From the NCBI GenBank assembly GCA_965116815.1, contig OZ220722.1, forward strand, positions 1,695,050 to 1,759,049: 64,000 bases of DNA, written 5' to 3'. Origin of the DNA: Candidatus Poribacteria bacterium (GTDB lineage Bacteria; Poribacteria; WGA-4E; WGA-3G). Shown here piece by piece: positions 28,219-37,815 of this stretch (positions within the stretch are counted from its first letter, which is position 1; every line of letters begins with the position of its first letter). Position numbers and translations under genes: made by a program. The notes beneath the pieces are model-generated. The model saw nothing but the letters and a program-made list of their open reading frames with translations, did no database searches and had not been told where the DNA came from.

Positions 28219-29172
28219 TCAATTCTCCGCAAAGAAGTCAAGAACCTGTTCTTCAGCCTCTTCAATGGTTTCTGGAGGTAGAGATTCCAGACTGAGCGGG
28301 CTGCCGACATTTGACTTCAATGGGTTGTCTTCAAGTTGCTCAGTATAAAGTCCGTAGTAGAAATCAAGAGTTTCATCATATTGGGGCGTAGTTGGATAAA
28401 AGTAGAGTGCTCCCAAAATCAGTGTGAGTGTCAAGATACCCGTCGCCCCTGCTGTAACGGGGCGGAAGAACCAGCGTCCAAAATCCGGTAACCATTGCCC
28501 AATATCTGGTAGCCATCGTGGGCGCGTGGATTCTTCGGACTCCGTCTTTGCTGGTTGCTCGCGTATTTTAGCCATCACTGCGTCTTCAATAGATGACGGA
28601 GCTGGATGCTCAAGACCTTTGATCATCTCGCGACTTTTCTGAAATGCTGTGAGCATTTCGGAACACTCGTTGCAGGCGTGAAGGTGTGTTTCAATTCGCT
28701 CACGCATAGCGGGGACTAATTCATTATCTAAGTAGGCTGATAACTCGTCTTGAAATCCGGCGTGTATTTTTGCCATTACTGCGTCTTTAAGCGTTGATGG
28801 CACCGGATGCGCGGAGTCTGTGATCATCTGACGGTTCTTCTGGAACGCCGACAGCATTTCGGAACACTCGTTGCAGGTGTGAAGGTGTGTTTCAACCCGT
28901 TCGCGCGCAGCGGGGGCTAATTCATTATCTAAGTAGGCAGATAACTCATCTTGAAATCCGGCGTGTATTTTTGCCATTACTGCGTCTTTAAGCGTTGATG
29001 GCACCGGATGCGCGGAGTCTGTGATCATCTGACGGTTCTTCTGGAACGCCGACAGCATTTCGGAACATTCACTACAAGAACGGAGATGTATTTCAACCTG
29101 TTCACGCCTACTTGGCGATAATTCATTATCTAAATAGGCTGATAGTTCTTTTTGGATGCGGCTGTGGTTCAT
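28219..29172 (-). CDS. Transmembrane anti-sigma factor with three tandem zinc-finger (ZAS, HxxxCxxC) N-terminal domains
   Basis: Three 65-aa repeats ELSAYLDNEL..E.HL..C.EC...L.AFQK.R.MI......P.PS...DAVMAKI.AGF. A TM segment follows (ILTLTLILGALYFY). The gene lies immediately downstream of the ECF sigma gene. Confidence 0.75.
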   Translation of the reverse strand: MNHSRIQKELSAYLDNELSPSRREQVEIHLRSCSECSEMLSAFQKNRQMITDSAHPVPSTLKDAVMAKIHAGFQDELSAYLDNELAPAARERVETHLHTCNECSEMLSAFQKNRQMITDSAHPVPSTLKDAVMAKIHAGFQDELSAYLDNELVPAMRERIETHLHACNECSEMLTAFQKSREMIKGLEHPAPSSIEDAVMAKIREQPAKTESEESTRPRWLPDIGQWLPDFGRWFFRPVTAGATGILTLTLILGALYFYPTTPQYDETLDFYYGLYTEQLEDNPLKSNVGSPLSLESLPPETIEEAEEQVLDFFAEN

Positions 29173-29202
29173 TTTTAAGTTCGAGGATAGTGGTAAGGAT
29201 AT

Positions 29203-29823
29203 TTACCACTCGACTCGCTCCAGTTCTTTTTTCAGTGCTTTTCGAGCCTCGTGTAACCGGGATTTAACGCGTCCCAATGTACATCCAAGGATTTCTGCTA
29301 TTTCTTCATACGGTAAGTCTCGTAGTTCTCTCAGCACCAGAATTTCTCTATGGCTGTCTTTGAGTTTCGCGAGGGCGGCGTGCACAATTTCTTTTTCTTC
29401 TGCGCGTAGTGCTGCCTCTTCTGGTGTTGCTGTATCAAGAGGAACCCAGGGTTGTGAATCGTCAATCTCCATTGGGTCAGTTTTTCGACGTTGATACTGA
29501 TCAATATGGTTAAGACATTTATTTTTAACAATGCGGTAGAGCCATGTCGAGAATCGGGATCGGAATTGAAATTTCCCGATATTTTCCCATGCGGAGAGGA
29601 ACGCATCTTGTGCAACATCTTGGGCATCTTGGTGATGACCGAGTATACCGTAAGCGATGTTATAGACCCAATGTTGGTATTGAATTATGAGGGTCCCCAT
29701 CGCATCAGCATCGCCATTTTGACAGCGTAAAACGATCTCACGTTCCTGTGCGAGATCCAATTCCTCGGTTTTGCCCATTTCCGAATAGGTTTGCATAGTC
29801 GTCGTAGGGGTTGCAACGGGCAT
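29203..29823 (-). CDS. ECF (sigma-24/RpoE-like) RNA polymerase sigma factor
   Basis: Sigma-2 region (IQYQHWVYNIAYGILGHHQDAQDVAQDAFLSAW) and sigma-4 region (EILVLRELRDLPYEEIAEILGCTLGRVKSRLHEARKAL). The ATG at 29823 has a GGAGA RBS. Confidence 0.85.
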   Translation of the reverse strand: MPVATPTTTMQTYSEMGKTEELDLAQEREIVLRCQNGDADAMGTLIIQYQHWVYNIAYGILGHHQDAQDVAQDAFLSAWENIGKFQFRSRFSTWLYRIVKNKCLNHIDQYQRRKTDPMEIDDSQPWVPLDTATPEEAALRAEEKEIVHAALAKLKDSHREILVLRELRDLPYEEIAEILGCTLGRVKSRLHEARKALKKELERVEW

Positions 29824-29997
29824 ACTTTTTCTCCAAACCGTAAAAATAAAATGCTTTCGTTCAACTCGGAACCGTTTAATTTCCCAATGATCTTGCTTGA
29901 ATTTCACTTGGAACAAGCGAAATTCTAAGTATTGGAAGAAACTAAGTGGCTTTCTTATTCACTTAGACAGCATAGAGAAAAAAAGGTTCGTTTTGTT

Positions 29998-32448
29998 TTA
30001 TTGAAGCACGTTTTCCTTACCCGGCGTGGTTTGGATCTGTTTAAGTTCGCCGTTACCGTTCGGCCATCTGCCGAAAGCAACATCCTTCTCCTGTTTTTCA
30101 AACGTCACTGTATCAAGTACTTGGTTGCCACGTATATCAGTATCAACGAGCATTATAGTTTCACCGTTACGCGACAACTTGAAGTTCGCATGCAGTCCTT
30201 CGGCTTTGCCGTCTTCATCTAACCACACGAGAAGATAACCTTGTGCTGGAATCATCGTATTTTCTGGAAACGCCCATTTCTTGGGGTTTTCCATTTTATC
30301 GCTCAAGTACATTCCAGAGAGATTTACTACCTCATTGGTGAGGTTGTGCAGTTCAAGCCAGTCTTCGTGTTGTCCTTGCGGGTCGGTGAGGCCTTTGGTA
30401 TTAGCTGCCATCAGTTCGTTAATGACGACAGGTGTCTCTTTCGCGACAGGAACACCGACTCGGTACCGCGCCGCGCCTTGTTCTGCTCTCACCGATGAAA
30501 AGGTCGTCGTACCATGCGTCTGCACGGCATTCGCCTCAACGTAATAGTGGACTGTGGTGCCTGCTGGAAAACCCGGAATGTGTCCAACATAACTATTCCC
30601 GTCCTTTGTCATTATCACCTGATTGAAAATGACATACCGTTCGCTACTATAATACAACAAAACCTTATCAGCGGCAATTGATTTATCAAGTGTCACTCTG
30701 ACTAAAACAGGTTGATTGGCTATCGGAGGATTTCCGGATCCGATCTCAACGGAAGTAATTTGTGGTGTTGGCTTGTTGAGTTCAGGATGATTGCGCAGAT
30801 GCTCACGTCTTTGCGTTACAAAACGTTTGAGGTCCTCTGGAACACCGACTGCGAACTCTTGGTAGCCGTAAAGCTTCTTATCGTCTTGTTGCACTTCTGC
30901 ATCAATCAGCGTTTGATATTCCTTGATAATTGGTTCAAACACTTCCCAATCGAGCCATTCATCCATGACGGTTCGGACGTGTGCGAGATACCGCGCGCGC
31001 CACTCTGGGTTTGAGAGTAGCCGCTTAATAAGAGGACGCGCAGTGTTGTTTTCATGTGCAACGGGAGATACCATTCCATTTTCTAAAGTTCCCCACGACC
31101 AGCCGCCGGGACCTCCACCACCGGGACCCCCTCTGCCTGATCGACCAAATCTGAGACTTTCATTGTTATCATGCGGTACGAGGTGGAACCTGCCGTTGAC
31201 ATCTTGATAGATAGCGTAATCGCCACCTTTGTGGATGTAGCCGTCGTCATCCATAAAAACGTTTGAAACGGCGAGTTGCCATAGGACTTGATCGATGTTA
31301 AGAATGGATGGAAGATTTTTCGCAAGCTCCGCGTCAGGAGTGGAATCGTCAAGCATTTTAGTGAGTGCAATAAGACCTTCCCAAGGATTCTCAACATTGC
31401 GGGTTTTGAGTTGATACGTTTCTTGATACGTTGCTGGATCATCTCCAGCATAGTTCAGGGCACCCCCTCTACCGGGACCCACTTTCCAACGGATGCCGCC
31501 TTTTGTGCCGAACCACTCGGCGAGAAAGTCCTTGTTGTATTGTTGGAGATTGATATAAACCCCCCAATTTTCGCCGTTGATAACCAGTTTCACAAGGTTC
31601 GTTTTCATCGCGGGCATGTAGTCACGTGAAATCCGATTATAGAGTACTTCACGAAGGAAAGAGGCATCAACATGCCCGTTTAGCAAATTGAGCGTTTTGT
31701 AACCGTAAAGGCGTTGCCCATCTTCACCATAATCGACAGCAATATTGAAGGATTTTTTGTCTGATCTGACTGTAAAGTAAGAAGAGGTGCCTCGAAAATG
31801 GACACCAACATCTGAGTAAACTTTTCCATCAACAATTAATTCTGCCGGAACTTCAATATCCGTGCGATAAAATGCATTCATCTGCTCGGACCAATCTTCG
31901 TGATGGAATCGGAGATAGAGCGTCCGAAATGTTTGTGTGTTATAGAGTGGCGGTGAATCTTCTGGTGTAGATGCCAGGCTTGCTTGCACATCGTTTTGAA
32001 CGCCATCGCGTAGATTTTCCTTGGGTATTAGAGACAAGCCACTGCCACCACGCGTCTGTAGTGCTGCTTCTCGTTCAGCACCGGTTAGTTTTCCGTCTTT
32101 ATCCTTATCAAACTGCTCGACCAGTTTTTCCGGTGGACGCGGGCCGCCTCGTCCACCACCAAATGGAGGCATCCCACCCGGGGGACCGAAGCCTCTATCA
32201 GGCCCTGTGTTGCGTTGCATCTTCTCAATCTCTTCACGACTGAGCTTATCGCCGGTGAACGCTTCTAAGCCTGTAACTCGAAGCATGAGTTCATCTTCTT
32301 CATTGCTCAGTTTACCATCTCCATTGAGGTCGAACCGTTTCTGCTCATCCGAGAGTTTTGGTGTTTCTTGGTTGTCTTGGGCGTTTGCAAAGGTTACCCA
32401 ACCCATAATTATTAGCGCAATGAGTGTTATAGATTTAAGCTGTTTCAT
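29998..32448 (-). CDS. Secreted CotH-kinase-family protein with N-terminal EF-hand/dockerin-like Ca-binding motifs, Gly-rich linkers and a C-terminal lamin-tail domain
   Basis: Signal peptide. DLNGDGKLSNEED. CotH-like core (LLNGHVDASFLREVLYNRISRDY..LVINGENWGVYINLQQYNKDFL). LTD motif VINELMAAN...DWLELHNLTNEVVNLSGMYLSD. Confidence 0.65.
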   Translation of the reverse strand: MKQLKSITLIALIIMGWVTFANAQDNQETPKLSDEQKRFDLNGDGKLSNEEDELMLRVTGLEAFTGDKLSREEIEKMQRNTGPDRGFGPPGGMPPFGGGRGGPRPPEKLVEQFDKDKDGKLTGAEREAALQTRGGSGLSLIPKENLRDGVQNDVQASLASTPEDSPPLYNTQTFRTLYLRFHHEDWSEQMNAFYRTDIEVPAELIVDGKVYSDVGVHFRGTSSYFTVRSDKKSFNIAVDYGEDGQRLYGYKTLNLLNGHVDASFLREVLYNRISRDYMPAMKTNLVKLVINGENWGVYINLQQYNKDFLAEWFGTKGGIRWKVGPGRGGALNYAGDDPATYQETYQLKTRNVENPWEGLIALTKMLDDSTPDAELAKNLPSILNIDQVLWQLAVSNVFMDDDGYIHKGGDYAIYQDVNGRFHLVPHDNNESLRFGRSGRGGPGGGGPGGWSWGTLENGMVSPVAHENNTARPLIKRLLSNPEWRARYLAHVRTVMDEWLDWEVFEPIIKEYQTLIDAEVQQDDKKLYGYQEFAVGVPEDLKRFVTQRREHLRNHPELNKPTPQITSVEIGSGNPPIANQPVLVRVTLDKSIAADKVLLYYSSERYVIFNQVIMTKDGNSYVGHIPGFPAGTTVHYYVEANAVQTHGTTTFSSVRAEQGAARYRVGVPVAKETPVVINELMAANTKGLTDPQGQHEDWLELHNLTNEVVNLSGMYLSDKMENPKKWAFPENTMIPAQGYLLVWLDEDGKAEGLHANFKLSRNGETIMLVDTDIRGNQVLDTVTFEKQEKDVAFGRWPNGNGELKQIQTTPGKENVLQ

Positions 32449-32512
32449 TGTGTTCTCCTTTCAGTTTTAGACCTATCCAACCTATAGAGGTTCGCATTTT
32501 CTCTTGTTAACC

Positions 32513-33172
32513 TCATTCTTTATCTATCTTCACTTCTGTGACATTTTCAATTCCTGAGAGTTCATTAAAAAAAGTAAGCCATTCCTGCGGATTTTCCAAT
32601 TTAATCCGGAAGGTTAGTTCAACCAATTGGGACTTTTTAATCCGTTTATCGATTAAGTGCTCATAAATGAGGTGCTTATCAAAAATAGGGCGATAAACGG
32701 TTTCAAAACTCTGGTCGGGCGGCAAACAGAATTCAAGGCTGAAGTCGTTATCATTACCGAAGCGTTGATGCCAGTGGTATATGGCAAGGATAATAATACC
32801 AATGAGGAATGTCGCCAGAATAGCGACAGATGGATTTCCGGCACCGACTGCCATACCAACGGCTAACGCGTAAAAAACAAAACCGATATCGCGTGGGTCT
32901 TGGATGGCGGTACGAAACCGAATAATCGACAGCGCACCTACTAAACTAAACGCCCGTGCGATACTGTCTCCGATAATCACCATCACCACAGAAATCAGCA
33001 TACACAGAATGATAAGGGTGTCTGTAAAGGATTTTTGTGGGACTTTAGCGTGCGTCCACAGATAGATGTTAACAATAAAAACACTGAGTGCGAAAGAAAG
33101 TATCAATCTAAGAGCATCAGCACCAAGTGTTACAAGCGGTGGCAGGGTTAAAAAATTGAGTAATATATCCAT
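32513..33172 (-). CDS. DUF4956-like integral membrane protein
   Basis: Four TM segments followed by a soluble C-domain. The pattern matches the DUF4956 family, which is commonly encoded beside CotH genes. Confidence 0.5.
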   Translation of the reverse strand: MDILLNFLTLPPLVTLGADALRLILSFALSVFIVNIYLWTHAKVPQKSFTDTLIILCMLISVVMVIIGDSIARAFSLVGALSIIRFRTAIQDPRDIGFVFYALAVGMAVGAGNPSVAILATFLIGIIILAIYHWHQRFGNDNDFSLEFCLPPDQSFETVYRPIFDKHLIYEHLIDKRIKKSQLVELTFRIKLENPQEWLTFFNELSGIENVTEVKIDKE

Positions 33173-33348
33173 TCCTATTTGCCAATTAGAGATTTGTGTA
33201 ATAGTAGTCTACCATAATTAGACAAACTTGTATATAAATTGTTGAAAGATTGTGTTAAGAGAATAGAATGGGCGGATTTGATGGGATTGCAAGGGCGGAC
33301 TCCCAGAGGGTTCCGCCCGTTCTGCGGTACGGAAGTTCTGTGCAATAT

Positions 33349-33780
33349 CTATTCAGATGTGGTTTTCGTTTCTGTTCCGTAGAGGGCTATGCGATCAATC
33401 ATACCTGTTGACGATCCTAACACAACGCGGATAGCATCTGTAGAGAGGGGGGCTTGGATAATATAAGGCGATTTCCGAATCGGTGTTTTGATTGCCTTAA
33501 CAATCCGCCAGTTATCTTCGCTCATCCGAGCATAAACGGTCATATTCCTCAACGGTTCGATCGGATCGAAGTGGATTTCGATTCGATTGATAGAACGTCT
33601 TTCTGGAAGTATCCACTTCTGAATCGAGCCAGTGCCGCTCTCGGACATCTCATAAGCCTCCGTCATACCGCCATCAACGCGAACTGTGTTTTGCGCTGCC
33701 ATCGACAGACAACCGAGCAGCATGAACGGAAGTAGGGCAAATACGAAGATGCTATGGGTAGACTTTTGGGGTGAAATCAT
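33349..33780 (-). CDS. Small secreted hypothetical protein
   Basis: N-terminal signal peptide (FVFALLPFMLLGCLSMAA). No recognisable domain. Confidence 0.4.
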   Translation of the reverse strand: MISPQKSTHSIFVFALLPFMLLGCLSMAAQNTVRVDGGMTEAYEMSESGTGSIQKWILPERRSINRIEIHFDPIEPLRNMTVYARMSEDNWRIVKAIKTPIRKSPYIIQAPLSTDAIRVVLGSSTGMIDRIALYGTETKTTSE

Positions 33781-33831
33781 AATTTGTTCCTCCTATTATT
33801 ATAGACGGGTTTTGATGGCGTTGTGCCTATT

Positions 33832-35397
33832 TTATGTTCGTGCTTCCTGACGAATTAGGATGCCAACGAATATCCCTGAGAAAGCCAGAATTGCAAGCGC
33901 GTAAGGTGCCGCTTCAGCAAACATCGCTTCTGTCGTATAACTCCAGACGTTAAGCGCGAGCGTTTCATATCCAGCCGGTGATAAGAGAAAGGTAAGCGGC
34001 AGTTCTTTCATTGTTGCCACGAAAACAAGCGCGGTGGCGGTAAGCATGCCGCGCATGAGCGTTGGAAGAAGTGCTCTGAAAAATGCCTGTATCGGTGAAT
34101 ACCCAAGCGAGCGAGCTGCCTCCTCTAAGTGTGGGGACGCTTGATAAAGCGAACTCCGCACCGGTCCGATAGCTTCTGCAAGGAAATGTAGCGTACATGC
34201 ATAGATGAGCACCGGCAATGTTTTGTAGATAAAAGACATCGTGTTTAAAACGAAAAAAATGAGCGACAGTGCGAAAGCGAGTGGCGGTATAGCGTAAACG
34301 ATATAGGCGACACGTGCTAACATGTTTGACAGACGAGATGGGTATCGGACACCTACATAGGCAAATGGGACTGCGAGGAATGCACACAGAATTCCTGCGG
34401 GTATTGCGATCGAGAGTGAACCGATGAGGGAATTCGTAAGTCCTTCTAATACTGTCCTATCGAACCCTCTAAACATCCAGAGAAGGATGGCACTGGTTGG
34501 TACCACTACAGTCAGGAATGTAAGCACACCGAGGTACAGATAAGCTGGAACACGCCACCCACCGAGTGGAATCTGCGGCAACTGACGGGAAACTCCGGTC
34601 CCTGCGCGATGAAGGACGACTCGGTTTAGTAATTTTGCCTCAAGGTAAAGCAGGCATGCGGTAAATGCGAGAAGCATCAGCGCAAGCCACGCCGCGTAAA
34701 TGTGTTCAAAAGAGAGTGTATACTCTATATAGAGTGCGTAACTAAAGGTCTCATATCGCATCAACGACACAACACCAAAGTCGCCGATGACATGTAAACT
34801 GATGAGCAGCCCGCTGGCGTAGAGCGCGGGACGCAGCTGCGGAAGAATGACGCGAAAGAAAACCTCACGATACCGATAGCCAAGACTTCGGGCGGATTCC
34901 TCAAGACTTGGATCCAATCCTAACAAGGCGGTGCGCAGATTTAGAAAGAGATAAGGGCTTGTGTAGGCACTTAGGGCAAGAAGTGCCCCCCAGTAACCGC
35001 TGAGGCGCGGGATACTCGTGCCGAAGAGTTGAGCGACAATACCTGTATTTCCACCGAGTGCCAAGAGTGCGTAAGCCATCACGTAGCCTGGGATTGCGAG
35101 TGGCAAAGCACACAGCACCGTAAAGAAACGTTTTCCCTGTAGGTTCACTCTGGTTGTTAACCATGCTGCAGGGGTTGCCAGAAGGAGGTTTAGTCCAAGA
35201 ACGCCGCCAGTCAGTAGGAGCGTGTTAAAGAAAAGTTTCGCGTTTCGCCAGCGGAAAACAATTTGCCCAAGCGCGGTACCTTCCGCAGAAAGTGCTTTGA
35301 CGAGCAGATACGCCAATGGGATAAGACCACCGATGCCTACAGCGACTGCGGGAATAAGGAAATAGCGGTGTACGCTTACTGATTTTAGTTTTGGCAT
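33832..35397 (-). CDS. Fe(3+)-type ABC transporter permease (duplicated 6-TM domains, FbpB-like)
   Basis: Two EAA loops (LEESARSLGYRYREVFFRVILPQL and LEEAARSLGYSPIQAFFRALLPTL). ~12 TM segments. Confidence 0.8.
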   Translation of the reverse strand: MPKLKSVSVHRYFLIPAVAVGIGGLIPLAYLLVKALSAEGTALGQIVFRWRNAKLFFNTLLLTGGVLGLNLLLATPAAWLTTRVNLQGKRFFTVLCALPLAIPGYVMAYALLALGGNTGIVAQLFGTSIPRLSGYWGALLALSAYTSPYLFLNLRTALLGLDPSLEESARSLGYRYREVFFRVILPQLRPALYASGLLISLHVIGDFGVVSLMRYETFSYALYIEYTLSFEHIYAAWLALMLLAFTACLLYLEAKLLNRVVLHRAGTGVSRQLPQIPLGGWRVPAYLYLGVLTFLTVVVPTSAILLWMFRGFDRTVLEGLTNSLIGSLSIAIPAGILCAFLAVPFAYVGVRYPSRLSNMLARVAYIVYAIPPLAFALSLIFFVLNTMSFIYKTLPVLIYACTLHFLAEAIGPVRSSLYQASPHLEEAARSLGYSPIQAFFRALLPTLMRGMLTATALVFVATMKELPLTFLLSPAGYETLALNVWSYTTEAMFAEAAPYALAILAFSGIFVGILIRQEART

Positions 35398-35439
35398 CCC
35401 ATTCTGCTGTCTTAACTGCTCGACCAGACGCTGCGACTT

Positions 35440-36453
35440 CTATAAAATCTCAACGCGCCGCAATAGCTTAACTGTTCCATCAAGATCGTCCATATCGTTG
35501 AGGTTAAATGTTGGAGCCAATTGAAGCAGTTCGGAAAGAGGCAGCAGTTCCGTGTGTGGTGTCACCCCCTCAATGGCGGGGTATTCAAAAACGTCGCCGG
35601 TGAAATATTGCTGTGCTTTCGCGGATAACAAGAATTCCACAAACTTCAGGGCTGCTTCTTTATTTTTGCTGCTCTTTAACACGCCGACACCGGCAATATT
35701 AACAAGATTTCCTGGATCGCTTGCCTTAAAGAAGGTTTGCGCTACAGGAAAATTGGCATCCTTGCTTTTGAAGCGGAGAAGATAGTAGTGATTCGGCAAT
35801 CCGACATCTATTTCGCCTGCAGCGAGTGCTTCTATGATAGGTGTATTCTTAGCATATTTTTTCGCGCCGTTCGCCTTCATGTCGCGTAGCCATTTCTCCG
35901 TGCGTTCTTCGCCAACTTGCACGCGTAGGGAGGTAACAAATGCTTGGAATGAGGCGTTCGCTGGCGCCCAACCAACTCTGCCTTTCCACATCGGTTGCGT
36001 TAAATCGAAAATACTTTGCGGAAGTTCTTCCATTGTAACGCGTTCTGGAGAATATGCAAGGACACGCGCTCTACCACTTGTTGCTACCCAGAAACTTTCG
36101 GCATCTCGAAAACCTGAAGGTACTTTTGTGAGGATGGATTCGGGGAGTTTTTCAAACATCGCCTTTTTACTCACCGCACCGAGTGCACCAGCGTCCTGTG
36201 CCCAAAAGAGCGCGGCAGGACTTTTGTCGCCTTCTGTTAGGAGTGCAGCGGCGAGTTGTGTTGTGTTGCCGTAACTCACTTCTACCTGAATACCGCTTTT
36301 CTCTTCAAACTGTTTGATGATTGGTTCAACAAGACTCTTACTTCGTCCGGAATAGATAGTCAATGTCTCAGCGTAGGCTGTTCCGGCAAAGGTGAATAAG
36401 AGCAAAATTAGCGAACAGCAATTGAACAAGTTGAATCGATTGTTAAAAAACAT
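35440..36453 (-). CDS. Fe(3+) ABC transporter periplasmic substrate-binding protein (FbpA/AfuA-like)
   Basis: Signal peptide. Family-typical YGNTTQLAAAL...ALFWAQDAGALG. Confidence 0.75.
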   Translation of the reverse strand: MFFNNRFNLFNCCSLILLLFTFAGTAYAETLTIYSGRSKSLVEPIIKQFEEKSGIQVEVSYGNTTQLAAALLTEGDKSPAALFWAQDAGALGAVSKKAMFEKLPESILTKVPSGFRDAESFWVATSGRARVLAYSPERVTMEELPQSIFDLTQPMWKGRVGWAPANASFQAFVTSLRVQVGEERTEKWLRDMKANGAKKYAKNTPIIEALAAGEIDVGLPNHYYLLRFKSKDANFPVAQTFFKASDPGNLVNIAGVGVLKSSKNKEAALKFVEFLLSAKAQQYFTGDVFEYPAIEGVTPHTELLPLSELLQLAPTFNLNDMDDLDGTVKLLRRVEIL

Positions 36454-36556
36454 AATGTTTCCTTTGTGTAGTTAATAGACTGTACATCAGAGTCCGAACT
36501 GATGTAAGTTTTGTCTGATTTGATAGAAAAAAGTTCGGAATTGTTGGATAGAAACA

Positions 36557-37651
36557 TCAACGCTTCGGTATGACTCGCCAGCGTGTGTTCATGCCCGCTG
36601 TAATATGGTCAGCAACGTGGCAGTGATAGAGCCAGTTGCCGGGGGTTTTCGCTGCCATATCAACCGTAACCATGGTGCCGGGTAGTAGCTCTACAACGTC
36701 AGTGCGCTTCCCCGCGTTTAGCACTGTCTGACCGTGCCAGTGTGCGGTGTGCATATCGACTTCAGTGCCCAATCCGATAAGATACCAACGGACCCTGTCG
36801 TCCTGTTCAACTTCCAACCCTTGTAAATTGCCGAAGATGAAACCGTTAATTGCATGCTTGAGATTCCCTTCTTCTGCTTCTTCGGATGAGTCATAAGCCT
36901 CAGTCTGACCACTTTTGACAATTTCTCGGTCATTCTCGTTAAAGATAAGGAACAGGGTTGTAAATGCTTTATCGATATCTTTTGGACGCGGGTCCTCCGG
37001 TGAGCGTTCCATCCCCTTTTTAGTGACAACAACAGTTCCAATTAAACCGTCATAAACCTCTGTCACCGCATCAACGTGCGAGTGGTAGAGCCAGACAATA
37101 GACGATGGGTCGTTCGGACCGGGGGCGGCATCGCTGTCTGCTTCCCAGTGGTAGGTGAAGGTGTCCCCGGGTGGCACAGCGGCACCGGATCCTTTCATAT
37201 CTGCGCCCTCGTTTTCTTCATCGTATTGTAACCCGTGTACATGGATACTGAGGGGTTTATCTGCCCGGTTAAGAAAGTGCACTCGGACGCTATCGCCTTC
37301 AACAGCGTGTAGTTGCGGTCCAAGGATACCCATCCACACAGGTTGTTCGACTTGTGTCGTGTAGGAGGCATCGGTATATTGAATATAGCGATATTTTTCG
37401 TACACAAGTGCTTTACCCCAAACGTCCAACCCCATACTTGGTCTGATAAGGTTTTGTCCGCTCGGTGCATAGTTCCATTCAACTTTCTCAGCGGCGATCC
37501 AATATTCTCGCGTTTCAGATTCGGCAGGGGTGGTCCAAAAGCACAGCAACGTACTCATGGAGATAAGAAGCGCGTAAAACGCCGATTGCGGGGTTTTTGT
37601 GTTAAAAAGGGCGTGTAATCTGAAAACGTTCCGTTTTAAGTTTATATTCAT
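36557..37651 (-). CDS. Multicopper oxidase (cupredoxin) family protein
   Basis: WLYHSHVD and the C-terminal HCHVADHITAGM copper-ligand motifs. The start is ambiguous (37651, 37666 or 37699). Confidence 0.75.
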   Translation of the reverse strand: MNINLKRNVFRLHALFNTKTPQSAFYALLISMSTLLCFWTTPAESETREYWIAAEKVEWNYAPSGQNLIRPSMGLDVWGKALVYEKYRYIQYTDASYTTQVEQPVWMGILGPQLHAVEGDSVRVHFLNRADKPLSIHVHGLQYDEENEGADMKGSGAAVPPGDTFTYHWEADSDAAPGPNDPSSIVWLYHSHVDAVTEVYDGLIGTVVVTKKGMERSPEDPRPKDIDKAFTTLFLIFNENDREIVKSGQTEAYDSSEEAEEGNLKHAINGFIFGNLQGLEVEQDDRVRWYLIGLGTEVDMHTAHWHGQTVLNAGKRTDVVELLPGTMVTVDMAAKTPGNWLYHCHVADHITAGMNTRWRVIPKR

Positions 37652-37815
37652 GATATTGAGACTCATTTTCAAAAACTGAAGTTTTAAGACAAACCTCATA
37701 AAAGAGTAAACCTCAATGGGTTAAATTTGCATTCAATTATACCACAATAAACAGAGCGTGTCAAAAAATCTTAAGATTTGGTCGCTAATCTGTATGTGTG
37801 TGCTTATATTTACGC

